A DNA stretch of 64,000 nucleotides from a virus. Its lineage: Duplodnaviria; Caudoviricetes. Under the pieces are notes generated by a model, which saw only the letters and a list, made by a program, of their open reading frames with translations, did no database searches and had not been told where the DNA came from. Below are positions 7,935-17,134 of this stretch, piece after piece (the stretch's first letter is position 1; each line of letters opens with the position of its first letter). The stretch spans positions 64,001-128,000 of IMG/VR virus record IMGVR_UViG_3300021514_000002; one strand, written 5' to 3'. The position numbers and the translations under genes were made by a program.

Positions 7935-8020
7935 TGGTGGGGCCGCAGGGATTCGAACCCTGAATGCGTATTCCGCGCCGGATTAAAAGTCCGGTATCCT
8001 AGCCGTTAGATGACAGCCCC
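7935..8020 (-). tRNA. tRNA-Lys(TTT) with long variable arm
   Basis: GGGGCTG/CGGCCCC-A-CCA; CCGGA-CT TTT AA-TCCGG; 15-nt variable region with GCG-GAATA-CGC hairpin. Confidence 0.9.
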
Positions 8021-8027
8021 ATAAATC

Positions 8028-8642
8028 TTAAACTAATCTTTTGAATAATGCATCGTTACCGTTACATTTTTCTTTAAGTCGATCAATCCATTTTCTATTC
8101 TTAATCTTAAACATTCTAACAATTTTGTTTTTCTTGTTGTGATACTTACATACCACCCCTTCAAACGTCATATCTTCTAATGTTCCATTTTTAATAGAAG
8201 TAACTAAATCTTCTGTTAACACACCTTTGTATAAAACTTTGGGTATACCTACATCTTCAAATAATTCTATGAAGTGTAACGGTTCAACCATTCCACGTTT
8301 ATACACATTGACATCAATCAATGTCACTTGGTGTTCTTCGTTCATATCATGCGAGCCAGCAAATGAGCTCTCACCATGAAACTCAAAAAATACTACTACA
8401 CGTTCCCACTTCTTATTAGAAAATATTTCAGCTAATCGTTCCTGATGTTTTTCTAATATTATATCAACCGCTTCACCCAACATAGGATGTTTATTATCAA
8501 TCAGTTGATTTCTTGAACCAAATTTATAAAACCCTTTCTTCTTTGACCATTCTGCTCTTATATTAGAACCGTCAAGTTTATCAAACACTACTACTTTTGT
8601 TCTTTCTAACTTTGTACTTATTGATGGATATGATTTCATCAT
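8028..8642 (-). CDS. ATP-dependent RNA ligase family nucleotidyltransferase (standalone adenylation domain)
   Basis: Motif I DKLDGSN, FGSRN, FFEFHG, LIDV, motif IV FEGVVCK, motif V FKIK. Confidence 0.82.
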   Translation of the reverse strand: MMKSYPSISTKLERTKVVVFDKLDGSNIRAEWSKKKGFYKFGSRNQLIDNKHPMLGEAVDIILEKHQERLAEIFSNKKWERVVVFFEFHGESSFAGSHDMNEEHQVTLIDVNVYKRGMVEPLHFIELFEDVGIPKVLYKGVLTEDLVTSIKNGTLEDMTFEGVVCKYHNKKNKIVRMFKIKNRKWIDRLKEKCNGNDALFKRLV

Positions 8643-8667
8643 AAACCCCTTGTTTTTTGCGGGGCAT

Positions 8668-8700
8668 AAAAAAAGCCCCTTACTTTCGCTTGGGGCTTTT
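8668..8700 (-). terminator. Intrinsic terminator (attenuator 3:4 hairpin)
   Basis: AAAAGCCCC-AAGCGAAAGTAA-GGGGC followed by 7 T on the minus strand. Confidence 0.85.
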
Positions 8701-8722
8701 TTGAATTCTTTGGAAAATGTTT

Positions 8723-8824
8723 TTAAATAACTTTCTTTTCCTCAGTCAAAACCCCACGTTGCAGATTGGCATTAATAGCCACCGCATTCGTTTTAATTGT
8801 ATTGGTTTTGATTGTAACAAACAT
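8723..8824 (-). CDS. Attenuator leader peptide MFVTIKTNTIKTNAVAINANLQRGVLTEEKKVI
   Basis: 33-codon ORF (not in the supplied track) with AGGA RBS, upstream of the terminator; codons 3-20 encode only V/T/I/K/N/A; 1:2, 2:3 and 3:4 pairings present. Confidence 0.8.
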   Translation of the reverse strand: MFVTIKTNTIKTNAVAINANLQRGVLTEEKKVI

Positions 8825-8867
8825 TTTAATTTTTCCTAAAATTTCTAATTTCGTTTAAGTTATACAG

Positions 8868-8896
8868 ACTATATATCATCGTGTTCTTAATGTCAA
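8868..8896 (-). promoter_or_regulatory. sigma70-type promoter of the leader/RNA ligase/tRNA operon
   Basis: TTGACA-N17-TATAGT. Confidence 0.8.
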
Positions 8897-8913
8897 GCAT
8901 TTTCTGCAAATAT

Positions 8914-9138
8914 TTATTTTTTTGTCTGTATTCTTATTAATGCGGTCATTGCCTTGCTCAATTCTTCTTGTACGCCCTGCATATTATTTTGCTCTAATGC
9001 ATTTTTTAACGTTCTAAGGTTGCTTAATACCATATCAATTACAAGTGATTCTTTAGATCTTTTTTTACCGTAATCATCACCATATCCAGGCAATCCTTCT
9101 GTAATACCAGCAAGTTCCTTTAATCTTCCATTGTCCAT
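8914..9138 (-). CDS. Hypothetical late protein
   Basis: TATAAATA at 9163-9170 and GGAG RBS upstream. Confidence 0.7.
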   Translation of the reverse strand: MDNGRLKELAGITEGLPGYGDDYGKKRSKESLVIDMVLSNLRTLKNALEQNNMQGVQEELSKAMTALIRIQTKK

Positions 9139-9230
9139 ATCTAACTCCTTAATAGTTAATACTATTTATAAGGACAATAAAAAAGAGCACGAAAATGGGT
9201 TCTGTGGCATAAATTACAGTATATTGCTTA

Positions 9231-9491
9231 TTATATTTGTGTTTCTTTATAGGCGGTTAATCGTGCCATGCCCGTTTCTTTTGTTTCTTGTTTTGGCCAG
9301 TACATACATAGAGCATCTTTAACATTTTCGGGTAACCGTTCGTTTGGTTTTACAAAAATGAGAAATTCGTCATATTTACAATTCTCGGCGGCATTTGCTT
9401 CATCGTAAAATACCCCTTCACACATCCAAGTATCGTTAACTAATACACCTATGAGCCAAACACCTTCTTTTGTTTCCATATTTGTCACCAT
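9231..9491 (-). CDS. Hypothetical protein
   Basis: ORF in a minus-strand run. Confidence 0.6.
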   Translation of the reverse strand: MVTNMETKEGVWLIGVLVNDTWMCEGVFYDEANAAENCKYDEFLIFVKPNERLPENVKDALCMYWPKQETKETGMARLTAYKETQI

Positions 9492-9852
9492 TTTTCCATG
9501 ATTTCGTCTATTTTAGATACCATATCACTATTTTACTTAAAAGTTATTCTATTTGAATCTTCGGTGCTAAAATATTTAACATTGAGCACTGCATCATTAA
9601 ATAACGCGGCTGCTTCAACACATCTGGCTTTTTTGCGTTTCTTATCAACATAACAAATGAATACATGTTGTATATTATTATATGTAAAAAAATCACCAAG
9701 CTTCATCTTCGGCCATATCTTCGGCATCTTTCTAAGGGTATATTCTATATTATGGATTCAATTTTCTTGGAAATTGAATCCATAATATATTCTTTGTCGC
9801 TATCTAAAACATTGGATATGACTATAGTTAATTCTTTACGTTCATCCATGAT

Positions 9853-12093
9853 TTATACCCAATTAGCAAGAATTTCATCTACTTTAGAAGCCATCCCTAC
9901 ATCAAAGATGGTATCATATTCTTTGCCCTCTTGACGTTCATAGTCAATGGAATAGCCTCGTGCTTCGGCGTGTAAACGAAGTAGATCAAACATGTTAGGT
10001 TTATCAACCAACATGGATTCAATAGATTTTGCCATTAAAATAATACTTCCAGCTTTATTTTCCACGTTTGAATTGCGAAAAGAGCTTAATGAGACATCTG
10101 CCCAAATTATTTGATTTGTTTCTAAATCTAAAATCAATGGGATATTATACCTCGTATCACCATCAATATCAAATTTGTGCTTAACTGTAGTAGGTTCAAA
10201 TACTTTACCACTATTAACCTTATCGCGTCCCATAACACCTGCAAAACATTCAAAAGTATTAAATCCTTGACCAGTATATGAAATAACATTCATTACAACA
10301 TATCGTATATGATTACGACGCGCAGTGTCAATATCAATATCAATAAACTCTGCTGCGCCATTAGGTGCAGACTGAATATCGCCAGAATGTACGCCGCCAA
10401 CATCAGATAAGCGCGTATAAGATAACTGGCCTTTGTAGTTCCAATTAGCATCATAAGATACTGCGCTTAAATCAACATCAACACGATCATCTTTATTTTC
10501 TTTCCAATATAAGAACATTCTTGTTGCATTATTCTTTGCTAATGGTATATGAGAACCACGGGCAACCGTAACTAAACTTTTGCTTGCATTTCTTTGCACC
10601 AATGGCACTAAGTAACCTTTTAAATCTTTGTTAATATAAATATTACCCAAATCTTCAAGTTTAGCAAAGCGTTGTAATAATTCATTAGTGATTGTATTGA
10701 CGACATTGATTGCAAAATCCGCATCAATTGTATCACGTTCATCTTTAATAACTTGGATCTTCGCCAAGCTACCTTTAGGCATGAAGTAACGCTCGCCTGA
10801 ATTAATAGAACGATACTTAAAATGCGAAGACAATGTTAACAACATTGGCGTAGGTATTTTTTCTACCAATTCATTAAAAGTCGTTAACACGGGTACAGGT
10901 GCATCAAACGCACGCAACATCCAATCCATGCGTCGTGCAAACTCGCCGGGTCTGGTTGCCAAAATCGCAATCAAGTCCCGCTCAGCGATCCATGCATCGG
11001 AACCAGTAAGTGATTTAATAGTAACAACAAACTTTTCAACCTTGCTATTAAATGTTTCAATTGTGTCAGCACGATTTCTTAGCGTGTCACATGCATTGAA
11101 AGCATTTGGATATTTCTTGGCATACTTACCAATATGTAAAACTTCTGCAAGACGAATCCAACGCATTTTATAGCGAAGCATATCTTCTTCTGGACTATTT
11201 ACATTGTCCAGTAACCACATAATAACCCTGCGTTCTTTATTTGATAAACGGAAACGTGTAACTTCTTTCAAAGATACATCACCACCAGATAACTGAACAG
11301 CAAGACGCAATACGTCTGTTGCCGTTTTGATATAATCAATCAATATGTATGATGCTATGGTGGTGTAGTCACTATGTGAACCGTTCGGATCGTATGTATA
11401 ATCTACCGCAAGCCCAGCAATCAATGCTACGTTTTCTTTCATGGTAATCATATTTGATACACATGTAAACATGCTTGGATCTTCTTTGACTAACTTCGTA
11501 ATAATATCACGATTATCTTCTGAAATAGAAGACTTAGCTTCTAATAGATTCGTAAAGATTTGTTTAACATCTTCTACATTAATTAATTTAATAATTTTTA
11601 AAGGGGTAATATCTTCCAATACTGGACGATCATTTTCATCCGTAGTTTCATCTACTTGGCATTGACAAATTGGGCAGGCACCAAAATCATCCATATTAAA
11701 TAAACGCGTATCAATAACATGACCACATGAAAGTGGTTTAATGTCTTCTGGTACGCAATCAATTAAATTGGTCACAAATCCAATAATACGTCTGAAAAAA
11801 TATTCATCATCATCGGGAATATCCTGTGGGAAATTCTTAAATAATGGACGATACTTTACATGATCGCCAACCATTTTGGATAAGTTTTCGACTAACATTG
11901 TATGGAAATTTCTGAAATCGGTTTCAGTTAAGGTACGGATGGCACGAATAACATTACCATCTAGCGTATACCCAAGTTGAGATATATCTAATAAAAGATC
12001 GCGAATATGAACTGCTGGTGTTTTCCATGTTGATTCAGTAACTACGACAGACTGTTTGTATTGTAAAGCAATGGCATTTTGTAACACGTTCAT
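9853..12093 (-). CDS. Large protein with a helical N-terminal region and a C-terminal TerD-like domain
   Basis: C-terminal RVDVDLSAV...HSGDIQSAPNGAAEFIDID TerD-type acidic metal-binding motifs; internal CxxC. Confidence 0.7.
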   Translation of the reverse strand: MNVLQNAIALQYKQSVVVTESTWKTPAVHIRDLLLDISQLGYTLDGNVIRAIRTLTETDFRNFHTMLVENLSKMVGDHVKYRPLFKNFPQDIPDDDEYFFRRIIGFVTNLIDCVPEDIKPLSCGHVIDTRLFNMDDFGACPICQCQVDETTDENDRPVLEDITPLKIIKLINVEDVKQIFTNLLEAKSSISEDNRDIITKLVKEDPSMFTCVSNMITMKENVALIAGLAVDYTYDPNGSHSDYTTIASYILIDYIKTATDVLRLAVQLSGGDVSLKEVTRFRLSNKERRVIMWLLDNVNSPEEDMLRYKMRWIRLAEVLHIGKYAKKYPNAFNACDTLRNRADTIETFNSKVEKFVVTIKSLTGSDAWIAERDLIAILATRPGEFARRMDWMLRAFDAPVPVLTTFNELVEKIPTPMLLTLSSHFKYRSINSGERYFMPKGSLAKIQVIKDERDTIDADFAINVVNTITNELLQRFAKLEDLGNIYINKDLKGYLVPLVQRNASKSLVTVARGSHIPLAKNNATRMFLYWKENKDDRVDVDLSAVSYDANWNYKGQLSYTRLSDVGGVHSGDIQSAPNGAAEFIDIDIDTARRNHIRYVVMNVISYTGQGFNTFECFAGVMGRDKVNSGKVFEPTTVKHKFDIDGDTRYNIPLILDLETNQIIWADVSLSSFRNSNVENKAGSIILMAKSIESMLVDKPNMFDLLRLHAEARGYSIDYERQEGKEYDTIFDVGMASKVDEILANWV

Positions 12094-12120
12094 ATTATTA
12101 TCCTTTATTAGACGAAAAGA

Positions 12121-12297
12121 AAACGGGAATTGGACTCTCTATTTCGGGCTACCTTTGGGCGTGAACCCGCAGGTTGCGTTAGCTGATTTAGAAGGAAGAG
12201 AATTCCATAGCCGTTTATTTCAAATTTAAGTGTCAGGAATTGGAGACTCTAATTCACATTTAAAGTAGTTTAGAAGGAAGAGAACTTCATAGCTGAC
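12121..12297 (-). ncRNA. Two tandem copies of a structured RNA motif in the 5' leader of the TerD-domain gene
   Basis: Units 12232-12297 and 12121-12216 share CTATG..TTCTCTTCCTTCTAAA...AGAG..TCCAATTCC; closing stems differ but covary (GTCAG/CTGAC, AAACGG/CCGTTT). Confidence 0.75.
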
Positions 12298-12304
12298 GAA
12301 AGAT

Positions 12305-12333
12305 ATATTATAATAAAGGGGTTAAAATGTCAA
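12305..12333 (-). promoter_or_regulatory. sigma70-type promoter
   Basis: TTGACA-N17-TAATAT; predicted start about 12298, at the first RNA motif. Confidence 0.65.
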
Positions 12334-12343
12334 GGGTTTTTTA

Positions 12344-13108
12344 CTAAAAATTCAAAAAATTTATAACTTGTTGATTTTCTTGAATTCTTTTCTTAGCCAT
12401 TTCTATGTATTTTTGTGACAATTCAATACCAATGAAATCACGGTGTAGTTTTTTTGCAGCCAATGCGGTAGTTCCAGACCCCATGAAAGGATCAAGAATG
12501 GTTTTTGCTGTAGTTGAAGATATAATTCGTTCAGGTAATTCTATGGGAAAAGGCGCAGGATGTTCATTATTAGATTCTTGTCCAATATCCCAGACATCCC
12601 CAAACCCGTTTGCTTTATCTGCTAATTTAAAGTCAGGTTTGCATATCATGTATATTACTTCATATGTAGGAAGGAAATAACTTTTATTGAAGTTTATCCC
12701 TCCATTTCGTCGCCAAATTATGACTTGTCGTACAGGGAATCCTTCAAGAATATCATGCCTATCCTGTAATAATCCATTTTGTACACGCCATTTGTGGTTA
12801 TAAAAAATCGCACCATTTTCAGGAATAATACGGAACATTTCAGTTAAGCAATCACGTTGCCATTGGACATATTCATCATGGGGCATATTATCATTATGTT
12901 CTGAATAACCGTCTTTTAATGCTGCGTTTGGCCATTTACTACTTTTGGTGCCAATAGAACTTAGGCCATTCCCAGATGAATTTTTTATATTATATGGTGG
13001 GGATGTTACAATTAATTCAATGCTATTATCTGGAATTTCTTTCATTACTTGCAGCGAATCACCACAAATGAAATTATTTGTGAAGTCGGAAGGATATTGT
13101 AAAGTCAT
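12344..13108 (-). CDS. DNA methyltransferase, N4-C/N6-A beta class
   Basis: IVTSPPYN before HPAPFP and ILDPFMGSGTT. Confidence 0.92.
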   Translation of the reverse strand: MTLQYPSDFTNNFICGDSLQVMKEIPDNSIELIVTSPPYNIKNSSGNGLSSIGTKSSKWPNAALKDGYSEHNDNMPHDEYVQWQRDCLTEMFRIIPENGAIFYNHKWRVQNGLLQDRHDILEGFPVRQVIIWRRNGGINFNKSYFLPTYEVIYMICKPDFKLADKANGFGDVWDIGQESNNEHPAPFPIELPERIISSTTAKTILDPFMGSGTTALAAKKLHRDFIGIELSQKYIEMAKKRIQENQQVINFLNF

Positions 13109-13169
13109 ATTTTCTATCTTAATACGTTACATACAACAAGTCAATATTATTTTTCAAAATCTTGCCTGA

Positions 13170-13421
13170 TTATGTTAATCTAATTTCGTATTCAGTAATT
13201 GCATCTGCAAGTGTTGCAAAAATGTCTGCATCTAAAAATTCGTCAGTGCCTGCTTCGGTACCTAAACGGATATCATATTTAACAACCGTTCCTGTTGATA
13301 ATACATTTGCCCGAACTTGAACAATAACGCCAGTTTTTACTGCACTGTTGCAACTTCCACCTGGGGTAATAACCCAAATAGCTGTTTCTGGTTCATATGA
13401 ATATGCAATTGGTGATGCCAT
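13170..13421 (-). CDS. Hypothetical late protein
   Basis: CATAAATA at 13449-13456; AGGAG RBS. Confidence 0.65.
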   Translation of the reverse strand: MASPIAYSYEPETAIWVITPGGSCNSAVKTGVIVQVRANVLSTGTVVKYDIRLGTEAGTDEFLDADIFATLADAITEYEIRLT

Positions 13422-13638
13422 TGAAAATCTCCTAAAATATTTATAATGTATTTATGACAATTTACTTTTTATTGAATAAATCTTCAATAGAATCAAGATA
13501 ATCCTTTTCTGGATCTAATGCACGTTTAAGCATATTTTCTTGTTCAGGAGAAAGCGTTGGTTCTTTTTCAACACCAATATCGGATAGAATTTTGATTACA
13601 GCAACATCTTGTTTATTCATAGATGTATTTATAAATGC

Positions 13639-14802
13639 CTACGAAAGGCTAACCTTCCGTAGGACTTCTTTGCGTAAATCTTCGATAGCTTCGCCGATTT
13701 GTTTACCTTCCAATCTTTCCTTTTGTCCAGTTGTCAACATCTCAAACTCAACAACAATTCCTGCTTTAAACATCTTCAAGAATTTAAAGGCAATTGAATG
13801 AATAAAATGGTTATCAAAAATAATCAACGTAGTTGCTGTTTTATGAAACGTAGTAGGCAATTTCCATGCATGGACTTTGTCTAATACTTTAATAAAACCT
13901 TCCGCAGTATCAAAATCATTAGAATGATCCAAAATATCATTAATCATAGTGCAAGACATTTTTAATGCATTTTTAACAGATCTTGGAGCCTTCAATCGTT
14001 CAAGCATGTTTAATACTTGTTCAGTATTGGAGCCAGCAGCAAGAATTACCATTCGGTCAATAAAATCACTGAACAGTAAGACAGCCCTGTCTAGTGTTTC
14101 GTTGGTTTGAATTGGTAATTTGTTTTCATCAAACAATTCTGGAAACAATACATCAAGGGCATTAACATCATGTAGAACCATAAAAAACTGCATAGGAAAA
14201 TCTTCCATCACTGCTTTTTCTAATTCAGCGAAAACACGTTCTGGGGTTAATTCATCCAATTCACCAGACTTTGTTAGTTGTGCCATCAATTTGAGCGTAT
14301 CAGTAGAAACACTAAAATTGTATCGTGCTGCAAATCTTGCCACGCGAAGAACACGTACTGGATCTTCTGCAAACGCATCACTAACATGCCGAAGCAGACC
14401 GCTTTCTAAATCCTGCATCCCATTAAATGGATCAATAACAAAATGTGTACTTCGTGTCTCTTGGAATTTTTCCCAATTGTCACGGTTTACCGCCATTGAA
14501 TTGACAGTCAAATCCCGACGGAACAAGTCATCTCTCAATGTTACAGAAGGGTCAAAGTCGGTTTCAAAGCCATGGTAGCCAGAACCAATTTTCCGTTCGG
14601 TACGCGCCAGTGCAAATTCTTGACCTTTTTCGTCAAGGAAAACAGGAAAATCAGCGCCTACTTGTTGAAAGCCGTCAGCAAGCATTTCTTCTGGTGTTGA
14701 ACCAACAACAACAAAATCCATATCCTTAACTGGCCGACCGAGTAAGGTATCCCTGACGGCACCGCCGACTACGAAAGTTTCTGTGTGAGTGTGAGTTGTC
14801 AT
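13639..14802 (-). CDS. cca: tRNA nucleotidyltransferase (CCA-adding enzyme, class II)
   Basis: [39 protein letters not shown]. Confidence 0.93.
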   Translation of the reverse strand: MTTHTHTETFVVGGAVRDTLLGRPVKDMDFVVVGSTPEEMLADGFQQVGADFPVFLDEKGQEFALARTERKIGSGYHGFETDFDPSVTLRDDLFRRDLTVNSMAVNRDNWEKFQETRSTHFVIDPFNGMQDLESGLLRHVSDAFAEDPVRVLRVARFAARYNFSVSTDTLKLMAQLTKSGELDELTPERVFAELEKAVMEDFPMQFFMVLHDVNALDVLFPELFDENKLPIQTNETLDRAVLLFSDFIDRMVILAAGSNTEQVLNMLERLKAPRSVKNALKMSCTMINDILDHSNDFDTAEGFIKVLDKVHAWKLPTTFHKTATTLIIFDNHFIHSIAFKFLKMFKAGIVVEFEMLTTGQKERLEGKQIGEAIEDLRKEVLRKVSLS

Positions 14803-14844
14803 AATAGGATTATTATAACAAAGGGTTACGCAAATGTCAAATGA

Positions 14845-15300
14845 TTATTGACACCAATCCTGTTTAGTACCACTACCATAGTATTCTACGGCAAGACCTT
14901 CATTTATAAGGGTTTTTCCTATATCATTACCACCAACTGATACGTTGGCAATAATCCTTGCGCCGTTTCTACCCCATTTATAGTTAGTAATTTTCATACG
15001 TGTATTATAACCTACAAGGTCAATCACACGGTCTCTTACTTTTAGTGCCATTTCAGCTTCTTTAACGCATTTAGCGCGATTAAGCTTGCCAGTAGTAGCA
15101 TAACTTTTTGCAGGCAGTTCTGGGGTATCAATACCGTATATACGAATGCTTACTTTGTTTAGTGGGGTTGGTAATCGCCATGATAAATCGGTTTTAATTG
15201 TATCGCCGTCGTAAACTTCTACGATAGGCAACAACATATAATTTTGTGCCGCAGCACTTGTTGAAATTAAAAATAGCCAAAGTGTAAGACTTTTTCTCAT
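14845..15300 (-). CDS. Thermonuclease (SNase-like) with signal peptide
   Basis: VYDGDTI, IRIYGIDTPE; hydrophobic N-terminus. Confidence 0.85.
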   Translation of the reverse strand: MRKSLTLWLFLISTSAAAQNYMLLPIVEVYDGDTIKTDLSWRLPTPLNKVSIRIYGIDTPELPAKSYATTGKLNRAKCVKEAEMALKVRDRVIDLVGYNTRMKITNYKWGRNGARIIANVSVGGNDIGKTLINEGLAVEYYGSGTKQDWCQ

Positions 15301-15626
15301 CTTGCTATTACAAACATAGGTTTGCCGCTTGGTGCTTTACCTGCGGGTTTGAATTTGGTTCCATGTGGAAGCATTGCAGTTTTTTGTCCGCCTGCCTGTT
15401 GTACTAAGATACCATCAGGAGACATTTTTGCTACGATAAACATACCTGTTTTTGTTTGGATAACATCACCCTGTGATGGGCTTGCAGCAGTCATTTTTTC
15501 TTTAAAGCCGCCTCGGGCTTGGGCATCCGCAGCATTTGCCATATCTTGTTCCCGTGCTTGTTTTGTTAATTGCAAATCACCAACATCTACTTCTATTAAA
15601 AATTGTTTAAATGATAATTTAGACAT
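15297..15626 (-). CDS. Hypothetical, possible head-internal protein
   Basis: N-terminal SFKQFLIE; in a unit downstream of CATAAATA (16172-16179). Confidence 0.65.
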   Translation of the reverse strand: MSKLSFKQFLIEVDVGDLQLTKQAREQDMANAADAQARGGFKEKMTAASPSQGDVIQTKTGMFIVAKMSPDGILVQQAGGQKTAMLPHGTKFKPAGKAPSGKPMFVIAR

Positions 15627-15627
15627 A

Positions 15628-15852
15628 TTAATCCTTTAATGCTGCTTCGTTTAATAAGAATTCTCTAAAGGTTATACTTTCTGCTACTTTCGTAGGAAGT
15701 CCTTTATGTTTAGTTTCGGCAAAATCACGAATTTCTTTTTCTGTCATGTTTTCGGCGGCTTTTTTTATCGCGGCACTGGGGCATTCGCCGTCTGTTTTAC
15801 ATTTTAGCACCATGGCCATAAACTTTTGTTGGTTTTTTGATTCTGCTGGCAT
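15628..15852 (-). CDS. Small basic protein (DUF3008-like)
   Basis: MPAESKNQQKFM...FAETKHKGLP pattern. Confidence 0.65.
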   Translation of the reverse strand: MPAESKNQQKFMAMVLKCKTDGECPSAAIKKAAENMTEKEIRDFAETKHKGLPTKVAESITFREFLLNEAALKD

Positions 15853-15853
15853 T

Positions 15854-16138
15854 TTATTTTCCTTCTACCTCGTTTCCTTGAATTTCTTCAAGTTCTTCAT
15901 TGGCTTCTTGTATTGCATTAAGCATAGCTTCTACAACACCACTAGTGTATATTAAATGTCTGGCTGATTGCCAAGCTCTTGGTTCATCTGAATTTTTGAT
16001 GAAGGAAATTGCTTTTTCTAAACGCTTAATAGCTGATTTTTTTGCAGTATCCAAAGCCATTCTACCGTAACCCTGAATTAGGATTTCAGATTTTTCAGGA
16101 TTTTCTTTATTTAATTGGTAAATTGATTCAAGTAGCAT
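15854..16138 (-). CDS. Hypothetical late protein
   Basis: First gene after CATAAATA. Confidence 0.65.
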   Translation of the reverse strand: MLLESIYQLNKENPEKSEILIQGYGRMALDTAKKSAIKRLEKAISFIKNSDEPRAWQSARHLIYTSGVVEAMLNAIQEANEELEEIQGNEVEGK

Positions 16139-16441
16139 ATTAATTATTTTCCATAAAATTTCATCTGATTGTATTTATGCGGCAGGTATTTTACAAGTAA
16201 TATTTTTGCTATTCTTGTAAAGCGATGATTTCATCACGTAGTTGTTCTGCTACTTCAAGTGACGTTTTAAAATCAGGATCAATCAATCCCTGTTCTTCAA
16301 TTTTTTCAATCATAGCTTCCATATTTTCTACTAATTCTGCTATTAATGTATCTCTATTCATTCTCACCATTCCTTATTTTTAGTGGTTTATTCTTTACTT
16401 ATATATCTATTGTAATTTTTATGTAATAAATTCTGAGAGAG

Positions 16442-16505
16442 AAATGTCCCTAATAAGGGACATTTCCGTTGATATCTTATTGTTTGACCCGTATTAGGGA
16501 CATTT
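16442..16505. repeat. Triple inverted repeat AAATGTCCCTAATA
   Basis: aaatgtccct-aata-agggacattt hairpin; second complement tattagggacattt at 16492-16505. Confidence 0.75.
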
Positions 16506-16738
16506 TATCCTAACAATAGTTGATTTCCATCAGCAGTAACAGGTACTACTTCGGCCAGCATCATTTGCTCTTCTGGTAGGTTGCTTTTTGCCATTTCAGC
16601 CAGCATTCGTTCATTAAATGGAGCAGATACTGCTACACCATTAACCTTTACCACGTAAAACACGGTATCTACATCATCTGTAATCATATTATCCATTTTT
16701 ATCTCCTAAAAATTATATACCTATTTACCATAATAATT

Positions 16739-17134
16739 TTACGAGGTACCTTCTTCTTTAAGAAAATCGTCAATAAAACTTTTTAATATTGTACAAGTTT
16801 CCATATCACATAACATACCATCAATGTGTGAACAGCCCTGTGTTTTGTATACAGCACATGATCCTACGGGGTCATTGTAAGATATATAGTAGTTGTTTTC
16901 TTCCATGCGGTTTTGTCTTACAGCTTCAGGTTGCCCTAAATTATGTGTAATATTCATATGGATGCGGTACGCTGTCCAAAAATTTTCAACGGACGATTCA
17001 ATATATTTTATTATATTTGCCCGTTCGGGTATTGTGTCTTTAATTCCCCATCCATCACTCAGCATTTGGTTAATATCGTCGTGCAATTCAGTCAAAAATT
17101 GCGTTTTTAGATGTTGGTCATTTAAATGTCGCAT
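16739..17134 (-). CDS. Hypothetical protein
   Basis: ORF coupled to the macrodomain gene. Confidence 0.6.
   Translation of the reverse strand: MRHLNDQHLKTQFLTELHDDINQMLSDGWGIKDTIPERANIIKYIESSVENFWTAYRIHMNITHNLGQPEAVRQNRMEENNYYISYNDPVGSCAVYKTQGCSHIDGMLCDMETCTILKSFIDDFLKEEGTS

Noticed and set aside
12121-12297. CRISPR-like repeat-spacer array
   Set aside because: Only two degenerate units with covarying stems, no equal-length spacers and no cas genes in the window.
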